A stretch of 64,000 nucleotides of DNA from contig OX597835.1 in NCBI GenBank assembly GCA_951406725.2, positions 27,900,001 to 27,964,000 of the forward strand, in the 5' to 3' direction. Within the stretch, counting starts at the first letter, position 1, and every line of letters begins with the position of its first letter. Under the pieces are notes generated by a model, which did not search any database, was not told the origin of the DNA, and was given only the letters and a program-made list of their open reading frames with translations. The DNA comes from Octopus vulgaris. Lineage: Eukaryota. Positions 38,753 through 52,018 of the stretch are shown piece after piece. A program made the position numbers and the translations under genes.

Positions 38753-39265
38753 TACTGGGTGTCCCAGAAGTAACTATTTCAAAGAAATTGGACAATTTTT
38801 TTTTTTAAAAACACTTTGTTATTTATGTTTATCATGTTTAATATGTGTCAAAAATGTATAAATTTTTAGTTTTGTTTGCAATTTTATAATTTTTATAACT
38901 TTTGTTTTTACAATTTTATTGTCATTCCTGTTGGATCCTGCTTGTCTGTCCACGACAACATTTTTTCAATTTAGCTGCAATCATTATTTCTACATCCATC
39001 CCCAGGATGGAGCAATAGTTTAGCTGAACTTCAAGAATGCATTCAGTTGGCAGTGCAGGAGATAACTCTCCTGAAATGCTTCAAAATGTGTTTTGCAATG
39101 CTATGGATAGATTTGAAATTTGCAAGGATACAGATGGAGCACATGTTGAAAACTTTCAATAAAGTTTGGACATGAGATTATAAATCTATTTGTTTTGGTA
39201 TCATAATTAAATAACAAACATAAAATCGTCAATTTCTTTTAAAATTTTCCCAATTTCACCCTGTA
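38753..39265 (+). mobile_element. Deleted Tc1/mariner-superfamily element
   Basis: Ends TACTGGGTG / CACCCTGTA; encodes ...EMLQNVFCNAMDRFEICKDTDGAHVENFQ*. Confidence 0.7.
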
Positions 39266-39326
39266 CTGTAATAAATGAACAATAAACCATAAAGTAAAAA
39301 AAAAAAAGAAAATATCATCAATTATA

Positions 39327-39830
39327 GGCGCAGGAGTGGCTGTGTGGTAAGTAGCTTGCTTACCAACCACATGGTTCCGGGTTCAGTCCCACCATGTGGC
39401 ACCTTAGGCAAGTGTCTTCAACTATAACCTCAGGCTGACCAAAGCCTTGTGAGTGGATTTGGTAGATGGAAACTGAAGGAAGCCCGTCGTATATATGTAT
39501 ATAAACACACCAGCATCAGTTGTCAAGTGATGTTGGGCCATGCTGGAGCACTGCCTTTAGTAGAGCAAATCAACCTCAGGACTTATTCTTTGTAAGCCTA
39601 GTACTTATTCTATCGGTCTCTTTGCTAAACCGCTAAGTTACGGGGATGTAAACACACCAGCATCAGTTGTCAAGCAATGTTGGGGGGACAAACACAGGCA
39701 AAGTGGTTCAGCAAAGAGACCGATAGAATAAGTACTAGGCTTACAAAGAAGTCCTGGGGTCGATTTTGCTTGACTAAAGGTGGTGCTCCAGCATGGCCAC
39801 AGTCAAATAACTGAAACAAGTAAAAGAGTA
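39327..39830 (+). mobile_element. Family B SINE with internal inverted duplication
   Basis: Forward head, reversed tail 39536-39697, forward tail 39703-39830. Confidence 0.85.
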
Positions 39831-40194
39831 ATTAATTCGCACATCCTTGATCACTTGCTGTTTCGAAAGACATTCTCACTACTACATTCTCTACCAGTAG
39901 ACTGAGGAATTTAGTCACTTTGGGTCTTCTGCTATAAAAAAATAACTACATGCATATTTAACTTTCGTTCTGTCACTTTATGGAGAACAGGCACTGAATC
40001 TAATTAATGATTACAGTATTTTTCAGACTTGAACCACATAGGAATGCATTGCTCTACTGGCTGGCATCAGCATTACAAGACAGTAAGACATTAATGTAGC
40101 ATTATTAATGGAGAATTCTAAAAGCAAGATCATGACCTTAGTATTGCAGAGGAATTGGTATCTTCTGCTAATTCTTACTTGTGCATCTGTATGT

Positions 40195-40545
40195 GCGAAG
40201 GCGGAGGTATTAGTTCCAGTTTGTTTGTTTGTCTGTGGATAAGATAGCTCAAGAACTGCAGAATGGATTCAGATGAAACTTTCAGGGATGTTTGGCCTCG
40301 TGACTGACACAACCTGATTAGATTTTGAGATCGATCTAGTACCAGGCAAGAATTCTGGATTATTTTTCGGTTTTGTTTTTTTTTACATGATTTTTTAGGG
40401 CGCTCGGGTTCATTTTTAGTATTCTCGTTTGTAAGAGCAGTCAAGTTTATTTCAGATATTCTCATTTTAAAAATCATCTCCGACTAATTGTTGAGAAGAT
40501 GCTGATGTTGCCTTGGCAGAGGGTTGCGCTCTCTGAATACTCTTA
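40195..40545 (+). mobile_element. Helentron-associated (HINE/DINE-1-like) element
   Basis: GGCGGAGGTATT start, GTTT/GTCT microsatellite, GATGAAACTT motif, end CCTTGGCAGAGG..GCGCTCTCTGAATACTC. Confidence 0.55.
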
Positions 40546-40600
40546 TTATTATTATTATCATTATTATTATTATTATTATCATCATTTTATCATCACTATT

Positions 40601-40990
40601 AAGGCAACAAGCTGGCAGAATCGTTAGCGTGCCGGGCGAAATGCTTAACGGTATTTCGTCTGTCGCTGCGTTCTGAGTTCAAATTCCGCCGAGGTCGACT
40701 TTGCCTTTCATCCTTCCGGGGTCGATTAAATAAGTACCAGTTATGCACTGGGGTCGATGTAATCGACTCAATATCTATGTCTGTCCTTGTTTCCCCTCTC
40801 TATGTTTAGCCCCTTGTGGGTAATAAAGAAATAGGTATTTCATCTGTCTTTACGTTCTGAGTTCAAATACCACCAAGGTCAACTTTGCCTTTCAGGATCA
40901 ATAAATTAAGTACCAGTGAAGTGCTGGGGTTGATGTCATAGATTGTCCCCTTCTCCAAAAATTTCAGGCCTTGTGCCTTCAGTAGAAAGG
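40601..40990 (+). mobile_element. Family A SINE dimer
   Basis: Junction AAAGAAATAGGTATTTC near 40833. Confidence 0.85.
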
Positions 40991-41829
40991 ATTATTACTC
41001 TTATTATTTTATCCATTATTTATCCATATATATATCCTGAGTTTAAATTCTGCCACCTTCAACTTTGCCTTTCATCCTTTTGAGGTTGAGCACTGAGGTC
41101 CCAGAAATTTCAGGCCTTGTGCCAATAGTGGAAAGGATTCTTATTACTTTTAAGGTGGCAGAATCATTAACACTCCTGACAAAACGCTTAGCAGTATTTT
41201 GTTCATCTTTACATTCTGAGTTCAAATTCTGCCGCGTTCATCTTTGCCTTTCATTCTTCCAGGGTCGATAAAATAAGTACTGGTGTTGATGTAATTGATT
41301 AATAACCCCTTCCCTCTAAACTTCAGACCTTATGCCAATCATGGCCATTGCCAGCCTCGCCTGGCCCCCGTGCCGATGGCACGTAAAAAGCCCCATCTGA
41401 TCTTAGCCGTTTGCCAGCCTCATCTGACACATAAAAAGCACCCACTACACTCATGGAGTGGTTGGCGTTAGGAAGGGTATCCAGCCATAGAAACATTGCC
41501 AGATCAGACTGGGCCTGGTGCAGCCTTCTGGCTTCCCAAACCCCAGTTGAACCGTCCAACCCATGCCAGCATGGAAAGCAGATGCTAAACGATGATGATG
41601 ATGATGCCTAAAGTTGAAAGGATTATTATTATTATTGTAAAGGTGACAAGCTGGCAGGATTGTTTGCACATTGGACAAAATGCTTAGCAGCATTTATTCA
41701 GCCTGTTTACATTCTGAGCTCAAGTTGCAGTAAGGTCAACTTAGCCTTCCATCTTTTGGAGGTGAATAAAATAAAGCACCAGTTGATCTTGTACTAAAAT
41801 TTGAACAAATTATCATTATTATTATTATT

Positions 41830-42335
41830 GAGTAAGAGAGCAATGCGTGCCTTCAAAGTAACACTAGGGTACAAATATGCAAAGTCCAGTATACCCATCA
41901 TGAATACCTGTCTGATAAGGGTACACTAGCACATGCATTACAACCACATGTGCACAACATGGTGATCTCATATCAAGATAAACAGAACACGACCTTGCAG
42001 TTGGGGCCCAGTTAGAATTTTCTCCTGGTCGAGTAACCCATCCCGCTCAAAAGGTCCCTGATTAAGGTTTGTTTAAGGATGTTGAACAAAACACCCATGT
42101 TTCCAGAGGAGAATTATTCAAACCCCAAAGAATTCCTCTCAACACATGGCTATGATGCTCCCCCACTACTTCTGCTCATGATCAGAGATGCACATATCGT
42201 CAGCCACCAAGGGACATGCTCAACTGGTTAAGGTCAAACAGCTGACAACCAAATCTGTGGTGTTGAGCAGAATATTTGCTGTAGTCCATCTTTTATACCA
42301 AGACAAAACAAGTACATAACAGTTACAATCAGAAA
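41830..42335. repeat. Unclassified interspersed repeat
   Basis: 42120-42280 recurs inverted at 58675-58840. Confidence 0.7.
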
Positions 42336-42371
42336 CCATGAACACCACTGCCTTGAACTGCATTTATCAAT

Positions 42372-42407
<36 letters not shown>

Positions 42408-42409
<2 letters not shown>

Positions 42410-42674
42410 ATGTTTGACTTTTGCTTTACATTTGCACAAGCTGGCTCCAAGACTCACCAAGAGACCTCAAGAGACAGCAAGTTGGAAGTTCATGTTGGTG
42501 TTATGCCTAGGGTGCCATATATTTGGTTTTGTACTTAGTGTTGTACTAGTGAATGCCTAAAAAAACATACGAAAATTATGTTTGTTTTAAAACTCGAGAT
42601 TACAAAGAAAGTACTTTGCATAGGATATGAGCAGTTCCCATGAGCACTATCTTTTGAATTTCTGCCATTTTGGG

Positions 42675-42676
<2 letters not shown>
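42408..42676 (-). mobile_element. R4/Dong LINE 3' end in (TTA)n
   Basis: Reverse complement of 5360-5625, flanked both sides by (ATT)n. Confidence 0.85.
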
Positions 42677-42706
<30 letters not shown>

Positions 42707-43199
42707 CATTATTATTATTATTATTATTCCTTCCTAGTCCTCTGTTAATGTGGGGCATATAAAACAGTGAAACATTCTCGCCAAAGAATACATTTCCTCT
42801 GTAAAGCAGTAAATATAAATAACATCGTCTTGCTTGAATATATTTTTTGAATATATTTCAAAAAACAAGTAAAACTCTAATACAATAACAAACGATACCA
42901 AAAAAAAAGTAGATAAATAATGAATAAATAAATGGATAAAATAAAATAAACTGAAATAAAATAAAGTAAACAAACAATGAATGATTTAACTGAGCTGACT
43001 GTTAATATTAATGACTGAAAGTAGCAATGTCACTTCAGGAATCAAATTAATGACTGTCAATTGTCCTTGTATGCAGATTGTCTGGACAGCTTAAGATATT
43101 AACCCTCCACCATTAGAAATGTAACCTTTGTTATCATTGAAACAAGAAAGGATGTTTGTTGGTGATCGGCAGAGTTTAGTGAGAGTGGAATCTCCATAC

Positions 43200-43238
43200 G
43201 TGACTGATGTCGACACAGAACCTTGCCAACCCACACGA
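43200..43238 (-). CDS. Candidate 39-nt cassette exon
   Basis: Poly-T ccAG acceptor, CAC|GTATGG donor, length divisible by 3, open in all three frames. Confidence 0.3.
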
Positions 43239-43324
43239 CTGGAAAAAAAAAATTCAGCAGTTGTTCAGGATGCAGGCATGGCTGTGTGGTAAAGATGTTT
43301 GCTTCTAAACTATGTAGGTTTCAG

Positions 43325-43588
43325 GAGCTGTTCTTCACTCCTACTCCAGAGCGTCGGCTGCGGGGTCGCTCCGAAAAGCTCTATCTGCGACGATTTCATC
43401 TCAATCGAAGGAGAGGGGCTTTCTCCATCTGGGTTGCGGATCCGTGGAATAAGCTGCCGGTTCAAAGTCTCTCTTGACCAGAAATGGCCTGAACTCTTTG
43501 CATGAACACCCTCCCTGTACATAACTCCATGTCCCCCTACATGGCCTTGCTGTTTGCTTTTTGAGCCAAAAAATTAACTTAACCTAAC
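43325..43588 (+). mobile_element. CR1-type LINE 3' end nested in a family B SINE
   Basis: RRLRGRSEKLYLRRFHLNRRRGAFSIWVADPWNKLP...FKVSLDQKW matches the RGHxxKL...FSxRVxxxWNxLP...FKxxLD CR1 terminus. Confidence 0.85.
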
Positions 43589-43769
43589 AGTTCCACTACA
43601 CAGCACCTAGGGCAAGTGTCTTCTACAGAAGCTTCAGGTTGATCAAAGCCTAGTGGTGGTGGTGGTGGTGGTGGCGGTGGGGTGGAGTTTGGTAGCATGT
43701 CAGACAAAATGCTTAGCAAGCATTTCTTCTGACTAAAATTCCACTGAGGCCAATTTTGCATTTCTGCAT

Positions 43770-44321
43770 ACGTGCTGGTGACACATGAGAGGTACACATG
43801 TTGGTAATACATAAAAGTCACCCATGCTAGTGATATGTAAAGGTTCACCTGCGCTGGTGACATGTGATGGGCACGTGTGCCAGTGACACATAAAGAGCGC
43901 CAGTGCCGGAGACACATGAAGGCCCCCATGCTGGGGACACATAAAGGACATCTATGCTGGCGACACATAGAAGACACCCATGCCAGTGACACGTAAAGTG
44001 CACCGATATCAGCGACACAAAAAACATGCCAATAACATGTAAAAGATACCTGTGCTGGTGACACTTGAGGGGCACCTGTGCCAGTGACACGTAAAGAGCA
44101 TCCATGCTGGTGACACACAAAAGGCAACCCCACCGGTGACACGTAAAATGCACCCGGTACACTCTGTAAAGTGGTTGGTGTTAGGAAGGGCATCCAGCCG
44201 TAGATACCAAACCAGAACTGACGACTGGAACCTAATGCAGTTCTCCAGTCTTAACCAGTTCCGGTGAAACCGTCTAACCCATGCCAGCATGGAAAAAAGG
44301 ACGTTAAATGATGATGATGAT
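43770..44321 (+). mobile_element. Family C RTE 3'UTR with ~15 degenerate ~25-bp tandem units
   Basis: Unit TGCYRGTGACACRTAAAxGGCACCC, then family tail and (GAT)n. Confidence 0.85.
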
Positions 44322-44487
44322 GGGGTCAAAGAAACAAAGTACCAGTTGGACGCTGGGGGTCAATGTAATCAACTACCCTCTCCCCACCTCCCCACAAATT
44401 CGTGCTGGTAGTAGAAGGGATTTTCTTTGCTTAATTGTTCCCTGAGAACATATTAACTAAAGAACATTTCAGCTGACTGACTGTTTG

Positions 44488-44556
44488 CCACTGCTACTAC
44501 TGCTGCTGCTACTGCTGCTGCTGTTGCTGCTGCTGTTGCTGCTGCTGTTGCTGCTA
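44488..44556. repeat. (CTG)n repeat
   Basis: Directly visible. Confidence 0.9.
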
Positions 44557-45756
44557 GCTAGATTCTTTGTTATGTTGTTTTGTACCAAAAAAAAAAAGAT
44601 TGTTTTCACATAATGTTTTTCAAACATCACACAGTTAACATTTTCATATCAATTGAATATCGATTTTTCAGCATGGCACAAGTCCTATCAAAGTTCAAAT
44701 GCTGACATCAACAAAAATGTTGCAATAAATTTCTGCAAAATTTTGCATCTTTTTAATTCTTACTTGTTTAAATTTTTGCACTGCGGCCATGCTGGGGCAG
44801 TACCTTGAAAGGGATTAGCCAAACAAACTGACCCCTGGTACTTATCTTTAAGCTCAGTGGTGCTTATTCTATCAGTCTCATTTAGCTGAACCACTAAGTT
44901 ACTGGGACATGAACAAAGCAACACCGGTTGTTATGTGGTGATATGGAGACAAACACTAATATACATAGCTTACGGTTCCATTATTTGAAGGATTGGCAAA
45001 AAAAGTACTCCATCCAGTGAGAAATAAATATCATTTAATGAACCGTGGCCGTTGCCAGCCTCACCTGGCCCCCGTGCCGGTGGCACATAAAAAGCACCAT
45101 CCGATCGTGGCCGTTTGCCAGCCTCGTCTGGCACCTGTGCCGGTGGCACGTAAAAAGTACCCACTACACTCACGGAGTGGTTGGCATTAGGAAGGGCATC
45201 CAGCCGTAGAAACATTGCCAGATCAGACTGGGCCTGGTGCAGCCTTCTGGCTTCCCAGACCCCAGTTGAACTGTCCAACGCATGCTAGCATGGAAAGCGG
45301 ACGCTAAACAATGATGATGATGAACACTAATTAAAGAAGAGCTACAAATAGTTTCATGCCATGGAAATACAATAATTCAACAGATTTATATAATATGACT
45401 TGTGTCTTGGAGACACAAGGTAAAATTACCTTCTGGAGTTATACCAACTTATAAGGGCCAGTTTCTCAATTTCCATTGTGTATAAATTCCCTATTTGGAC
45501 AGGATGCTGGTTTGTCACGGGATTACTCAGTTTTGCCAGACGAGTGGACTGGAGCAACATGAAATGAAGTGTCTTGCTCAAGAACACAACGTGTCACCTG
45601 GTCCAGGAACTGAAACCACAATTTTACTATCATGATTCCAACACCCTGACCACTAAGCCACATGCCTTGACTGGACACAAAGCATGTTATATTTAAACTG
45701 CTAAACCCCCATAACTTAGCAGTTTGGCAAAACAGATCAACAGATTAAGTACCAGG

Positions 45757-45838
<82 letters not shown>

Positions 45839-46070
45839 ACGAAAAAAAACAAAAGACGAAGACAGGTGGTGTACAAAACAAACAGCTGTATTAGTATAAT
45901 GCTCAGGAATAGAAAAAGTGTTTTACGTTTCGAGCCTACGCTCTTCTACAGAAAGGGACACAGAAAAAAAAAAGGAGAGTACTGGGGTCATCTTTGAAGG
46001 CAGTGCTCCAGCATGGCTACAGTCTAATGACAGAAACAAGTAAAAGGAATCGATAGTGCTAAAATACATA

Positions 46071-46756
46071 GGCATACCTACACAAGTGTGCTCGCCAACC
46101 ACTTTGACATTTTTTCTGCATAGCTTTCAGAAATATGGATATTTTTAGTGAGATTTTCTACAAATGCCTTTCAGACTGTAGATTCCAATTATGTCAGATA
46201 TTCTTGCAAATACTTTTTTGGGGGGATGAAATGGACAGGAGTTTTGGACAAGTCGCATAAATCAATTTCATTTTAAAATGAATTTTATATATATATATAT
46301 GGAGGCACAATGGCCCAGTGGTTAGGGCAGCGGACTCACGGTTATAGGATCGCGGTTTTGATTCCCAGACCAGGCGTTGAGTGTTTATTGAGCATAAACA
46401 CCTAAAGCTCCACAAGGCTCCGGGAAGAGGTGGTGGTGATCCCTGCTGTACTCTTTTGCCACAACTTTCTCTCACTCTTTCTTCTGTTGGCTTGCTTGCT
46501 TAGCCAGTGGGGTGGCGTCCTTTAAAGGCTAAAACAATGTGAAGTGCATTGTGACCAGCGATGTGTAGTAACTTCTGATAGCCTGGTTGGTCATGGTGAT
46601 ATATATATATATATATATATTGCATTAAATTCTGATACTGTTGTAATCTACAACATTTGAAAGGTATTTGTTGAAAATGTCATTAAAAGATACGCACTGC
46701 TTTGAAAATTATGAAGAAACAAATTCAGGAGGTGGGCACCCTTGTGTAGGTATGCC
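46071..46756. mobile_element. Non-autonomous DNA transposon with nested family D SINE (46302-46600)
   Basis: Perfect 16-bp TIR GGCATACCTACACAAG / CTTGTGTAGGTATGCC. Confidence 0.85.
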
Positions 46757-46929
46757 AATAGACACACCCAGCATTTGGGGGGTCTTTCGTTGTTTTTTTA
46801 CACAGGTTATTTTACAGATTATTATCTACAAGTAAAGCAAATGCAAGCCCCACGAAGTAGAGTGGCTGATCCAGCACATATCTCTCACCATCCTCTGGGG
46901 CAACACCTTTCCCATTTTGTCTGATGGTA

Positions 46930-47500
46930 CCACGGGGTGGTCTGAATTACTGGAAATCAGGAGAATGTAAGAATTTCATAGCTCACTAAATATACTCCAC
47001 TTTAAACAAGATGACTGAAGGAAGGAATTACAACCTGGTCGGCTACCACAACAGCTCCTTTATAGGATCCAGTTAGCTCAAGACATCATCAGGAGGAACC
47101 ACGTCCAGTTTCGGCCCCTACTCCTCTACCGTTTTGACGTGGCAGGGCCCCCCCTTCGGATGTGTCTTCAGCTCTGGTGTTGGGTGCATGTCTTCTTTCT
47201 TCTGTTCCCTGGCCTCTTCGATGTATCGTCAGCGAGTGTCAGCCGGTGACTGACTGTCTTGTCAAATTTTTCCCTTTAAATACCTGCCGCAAAGGCTCCA
47301 GCAGGCAGCCCCAGCAAGTTGTCACGTGACACTGTCTCACCTTAACTGACTAGTGAAGGCATGTAGTTTTAGCCCGAGCTTTTTCTAAATGACTGTCACC
47401 TGACAGGTAGTCCCAGCAAGTTGTCACGTGACACTGTCTCACCTTAACTGACAAGTGAAGGCGCGTAATTTTAGCCCGTGAATAAAACAACATCAGCCAT
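46930..47500. mobile_element. GC-rich element, possibly a solo LTR
   Basis: CpG-rich island in AT-rich context with an internal ~70-bp direct duplication. Confidence 0.35.
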
Positions 47501-47919
47501 GGCATAAAATTAGAAAATTTAATTTTAAAAACTGAAAATTGCTTAAGAACTACATAATAACTGTGTATAAATATCAGTCACACTCATTCTTCGGGGTACA
47601 ATCATTAGTTTCTGGTTAAGAAATTTGCTTTGTGATTACATGGTTTGGGGTTCAATCCTACTCTGATGTACTCTAGATTAAATGTTCTCTGTCAATAGTT
47701 TCAAGCTGACTAAAACCCTATGTGCGGAAATTTAAGTGATGGATACTGTACAGAAGCCTATCAGACGAAGATACAATCCCCATTCACTGGTCATCTATAG
47801 AATGAAGTACAGTTGTATAAACAGTGGTTGTTACATATCCTTATAAAATAATTCAGAAGCAATTACTAAACTTTAAGTCATACACTTAATCCCCACCCCA
47901 AATGTAATACAGTCCAGAC

Positions 47920-48405
47920 AGTAGATGTGTTTGGGTCTGGAGGCTTCCCAATCAAGAATTTGATTTGAAGCAACTCCAACCGACTGTGAAACATGGCGGT
48001 ATCTCTGTAATGGTATGGGGAGCTGTCACCAGCAATGGTCGGTCTGAGCTGATTGAATGTGTTGGAACCATAAACTCTGAAAAATACATCGAAATACTTA
48101 AGCAAGGACTACTTCCGATGTATTCACATGATAACATAACGAAAAATGAGTTTTTATTCATGGAAGATGGGGCTCCATGCCATGCAGCGAAAAGGAATCA
48201 ACAATGGCTGAGTGAAAATGGGATCAAAACGCCTCCTTGGCCGAGCCAATCTCTTGACATGAACCCAATTGAAAATCTTCGGAGTATATGAGATAGAGCT
48301 ATACGAAAAACTCAACAGAATCCTAAAGATAAAGGTGAATTCTTTTGATTGTTGCATGAAAAGGGGGCAGAAATTCCACAAAGCTAATCAGTTCAATGCC
48401 AAAAA
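47920..48405 (+). pseudogene. Tc1 (DD34E) transposase relic
   Basis: PTVKHGGISVMVWG...FMEDGAPCH...WPSQSLDMNPIENL. Confidence 0.93.
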
Positions 48406-48533
48406 GAGGACAGACCCAATCCATAACATTACATGACATGTCAGAGATTCACCAGGGGTCAACTTGTTCAACTAATGACAGTGCTCCAGCATGGCCACAG
48501 TAAAATGACAGAAACCAGTAAAAGAATAAAAGA

Positions 48534-48597
<64 letters not shown>

Positions 48598-49429
48598 ATG
48601 TATGTATGTATGTATGTATGTATGTATGTATATTAAAAACAAAAGAGGAAGAATAGACATTTGGTAGGAATTCAGAGAATAAAAGAATAGATAATTCCAA
48701 ATAGAAACATTGGTTATTTCCCACCACTACCACCACCACCACCACTACCCCTCCATCATCATCATCCTTTATTCTCTATTCTGCCTCTGCATACATTCTT
48801 AACTTGGACAAAAATCACTTTGATATTTATTGACCAAAATTTTTAGATGCTTTTTTAATATACTCTCCTCGTTATCAAACAATAATATAATTAATCACAC
48901 AGGGTCAAATCAATACTAAAATCGGTGCTTACATACTTAGAATAGCGAGCCAAAAAGTGTTTTTAATTAATTAATGTTACACCCCCTAATGAGGAAAAAA
49001 AAATGATTAGCTTTATGCTGTTGTTAGTGTTACTTAGCCCTAAATCAGTCCCGGTTTAGCAAACTTATGACCAAGTCATTTTCTTATATGCCCAGGGACC
49101 CACAATCATATTCCCCAATATGACTTCTTAGAAAATGGTAGTGGTGGTGGAGTTTGAGGGAGATTTGGTTGCTAATTCTAACAGGCCAAGCTACCACATA
49201 AAGGCCCCTTTACTGGCTTGGCCATTAACTTAATAATTAATACTGATCAAAGCCAAATAAAAAAACAAAGGCTGCACCATAGATGAAATTAAAGTTAATC
49301 AAAAATAAAATATGGAGACAGAAGCATGTAGTATGGAGTAATTCTAATCTTTGGTAAATGGTAAATACAGTGACATTAGAATGCATTAGTCTTATTAACA
49401 TCATTCTGATTTTAATATCCACTTTCCCA

Positions 49430-49859
49430 AAGGTGGTGAGCTGGCAGAAATGTTAGCAGGCCAGGCGAAATGCTTAGCAGTATTTCGTCTGCTGTTACAT
49501 TCTGAGTTCAAATTCCACCGAGGTCGACTTTGCCTTTCATCCTTTCGGGGTTAATAAATTGAGTACCAGTTACGCACTGGAGTCGATGTAATCGATTTAA
49601 TCCCTTTGTCTGTCCTTGTTTGTCCCCTCTATGTTTAGCCCCTTATGGGCAATAAAGAAATGAGAAACGTTAGCAGGCCAGGCGAAATGCTTAGCAGTAT
49701 TTCGTTTGCTGTTACATTCTGAGTTCAAATTCCGCTGAGGTCAGCTTTGCCCTTCATCCTTTCGGGGTCGATAAACTAAGTACCAGTTGCATACTAGGAG
49801 CGATCAAATTAACTGGCCCCCTGCCCAAAAATTTCGGGCCTAGTGCCTAGAGTAGAAAA
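49430..49859 (+). mobile_element. Family A SINE dimer within one TSD
   Basis: TSD AATATCCACTT(T/A)CCCA at 49414-49429 and 49860-49875. Confidence 0.88.
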
Positions 49860-49986
49860 AATATCCACTTACCCATGCTTGCAGAAATTGCATGGTTGGA
49901 TGCTCTTCCTGTTGCCAAACCTCTCCTCTTTCCAGACGTATTATTTCCCCAAGGCCAGACATGTTTTCATGGAAGGGGGCACAAAC

Positions 49987-50250
49987 ACAGACCCAATCCA
50001 TAACATTACATGACATGTCAGAGATTCGCCAGAGGGGCAGGGCCAATCCATAACATTACATGACATGTCAGATTCGCCAGAGGGGCAGACTGAACCCATA
50101 ACATTACATGTCATGTCAGATTCGCCAGAGGGGCAGACTGAACCCATAACATTACATGACATGTCAGATTCGCCAGAGGGGTAGACCAAACCCATAACAT
50201 TACATGACATGTCAGATTAGCCAGAGGGGCAGGCAAACCCATAACACATG
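49987..50250. repeat. ~46-50-bp minisatellite, 5-6 units
   Basis: CCATAACATTACATGACATGTCAGATTCGCCAGAGGGGCAG repeated; orphan unit at 48411-48457. Confidence 0.92.
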
Positions 50251-50967
50251 GGGGTGTATGTATGCATGCATGCATGTGTGTGTATGATGGGCTTCCACAC
50301 AATTTCCATCTCAAAAGGCTTTGATCAGCCTGGAGCTTTAGTAGAAGATGCTTACCCAAGATGCCATGCAGTGGGACTGAACTCAAAGCCACATGGTTGA
50401 GAAACAAACTTCTTAACCACACACACACACACGCACGCACACACACATACACACACACACACACACTCACACATAAATGTATAACCTGTTGATTAACCAA
50501 CATGTCACAGATCACTTTTTGGTTACCACCTGTTAATTTCATTTTCCAGTGTAATCTGGTGATATGATTATTAGCATGGAACTCCTTTCGGCTTTGTGGT
50601 TGTGTAGTAAGAAGCTTGCTTCCCTACCACAAGGCTCCGAGTTCAGTCCCACTCTGTGGTACCATGGGCAAGTGTCTTCTACTATAGCCTTGGATTGTGG
50701 ATTTGGTACTATAGCCTTGGATTGTAGATTTGGTACTATAGCCTTGTGAGTGGATTTGGTAAAGGAAACTAAAAGAAGCCTTTGTAAAGGAAACTGAAAG
50801 AAGCCCTTTGTATATATATATATATATATATTTATAATTCGATTAGAGGTTATGTTAGCCTCATGAAAGGATGGTGTCATCCAAGGAGATACTTGTTCAA
50901 TACCTAATATTTTGGCGGGAATTGATTTCCTTAAAATAATAGATGTGTATATAAAAACCTGTAGTTT

Positions 50968-51145
50968 ATCTCTTATATAAAATCCATTCTGTCTGTCTGT
51001 GTGTGCGTCTTCTCAGATCTCGGGCATCCTCCATCCAAGTGCGCTCAAATTTGATGTGTAGATACCAACGGTATCAGGGTGTGTATAAGTCTTGAAAAAA
51101 TTACAAAAATCGATTCCAGGTGAGAATGCGAGTGATAAAGCCGTT
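50968..51145 (+). mobile_element. Helitron-like 5' end
   Basis: ATCTCTTATATAAAA...CTGTCTGTCTGT start typical of non-autonomous Helitrons. Confidence 0.45.
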
Positions 51146-51627
51146 TTTGTCCTTTGGATATCTCTGTCCCTTAGAGGCTTTAAACGCCTCTAACTTATAC
51201 CTGCATACATATGTGTATATATACATATATAGATGAAAACCCCCTTCAGTCATAAATGATGATGGGATTGCACCTAGATTCTCTGAAGAACAAGCCTGGG
51301 CAAGGTTGTTTATAGAAGGTCATCAGTCACCTATGCATACTAGCCTCCGTTGCACACTGATGCATAGTGATGTTGTCCAAGGGAAAGGCAAAGGGGCCGA
51401 TACAGTTTGACACCAGTGACGTCACAACTCATTTCTACAGCTAAGTGAATTGGAGCAATGTGAAATAACGTGTCTTGCTCAAGAAAACAACACACAGCCC
51501 TCTCTGGGAATTGAACTCACTACCTTGTAATTGTGAGCCCAATGTTCTAATTACTTAGCCATGCACCTTGACACATGTGATAGGGGTCAACTTACTCGTT
51601 TTTTCTTTATTCAGTGAGCCTAACAAT

Positions 51628-52018
51628 CCTTTCTAATGGAAACACAAGACCTCAAATTTGAGGTAAGGGATTAAGTCAATTACATCAACCCCAGTGCATA
51701 ACTGGTACTTATCTAATTGACCTCGAAAGGACAAAAGGCAAAGTCGACCTTGGCAGAATTTGAACTCAGAACATAGCAGCAGACAAAATACCTATTTCTT
51801 TACTACCCACAAGGAGCTAAACACAGAGAGGACAAACAAGGACAGACAAATGGATTAAGTCGATTACATCGACCCCAGTGCGTAACTGGTACTTAATTTA
51901 TTGACCCCGAAAGGATGAAAGCAAAGTCGACCTCGGCAGAATTTGAACTCAGAACATAGCAGCAGACAAAATACCACTAAGCATTTCGCGTGCTAATGAT
52001 TCTGTTAGCTCACAGCCT
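51628..52018 (-). mobile_element. Family A SINE dimer within one TSD
   Basis: TSD TCAGTG(A/G)GCCTAACAAT at 51611-51627 and 52019-52035. Confidence 0.88.

Noticed and set aside
43770-44160. Regular short palindromic repeats resembling a CRISPR array
   Set aside because: Degenerate tandem units without unique spacers, inside a LINE 3'UTR in eukaryotic DNA; no cas genes
44455-44560. Poly-Ala/poly-Gln coding potential on the minus strand
   Set aside because: Short CTG repeat, Gln frame interrupted by TAG, no supporting exon context
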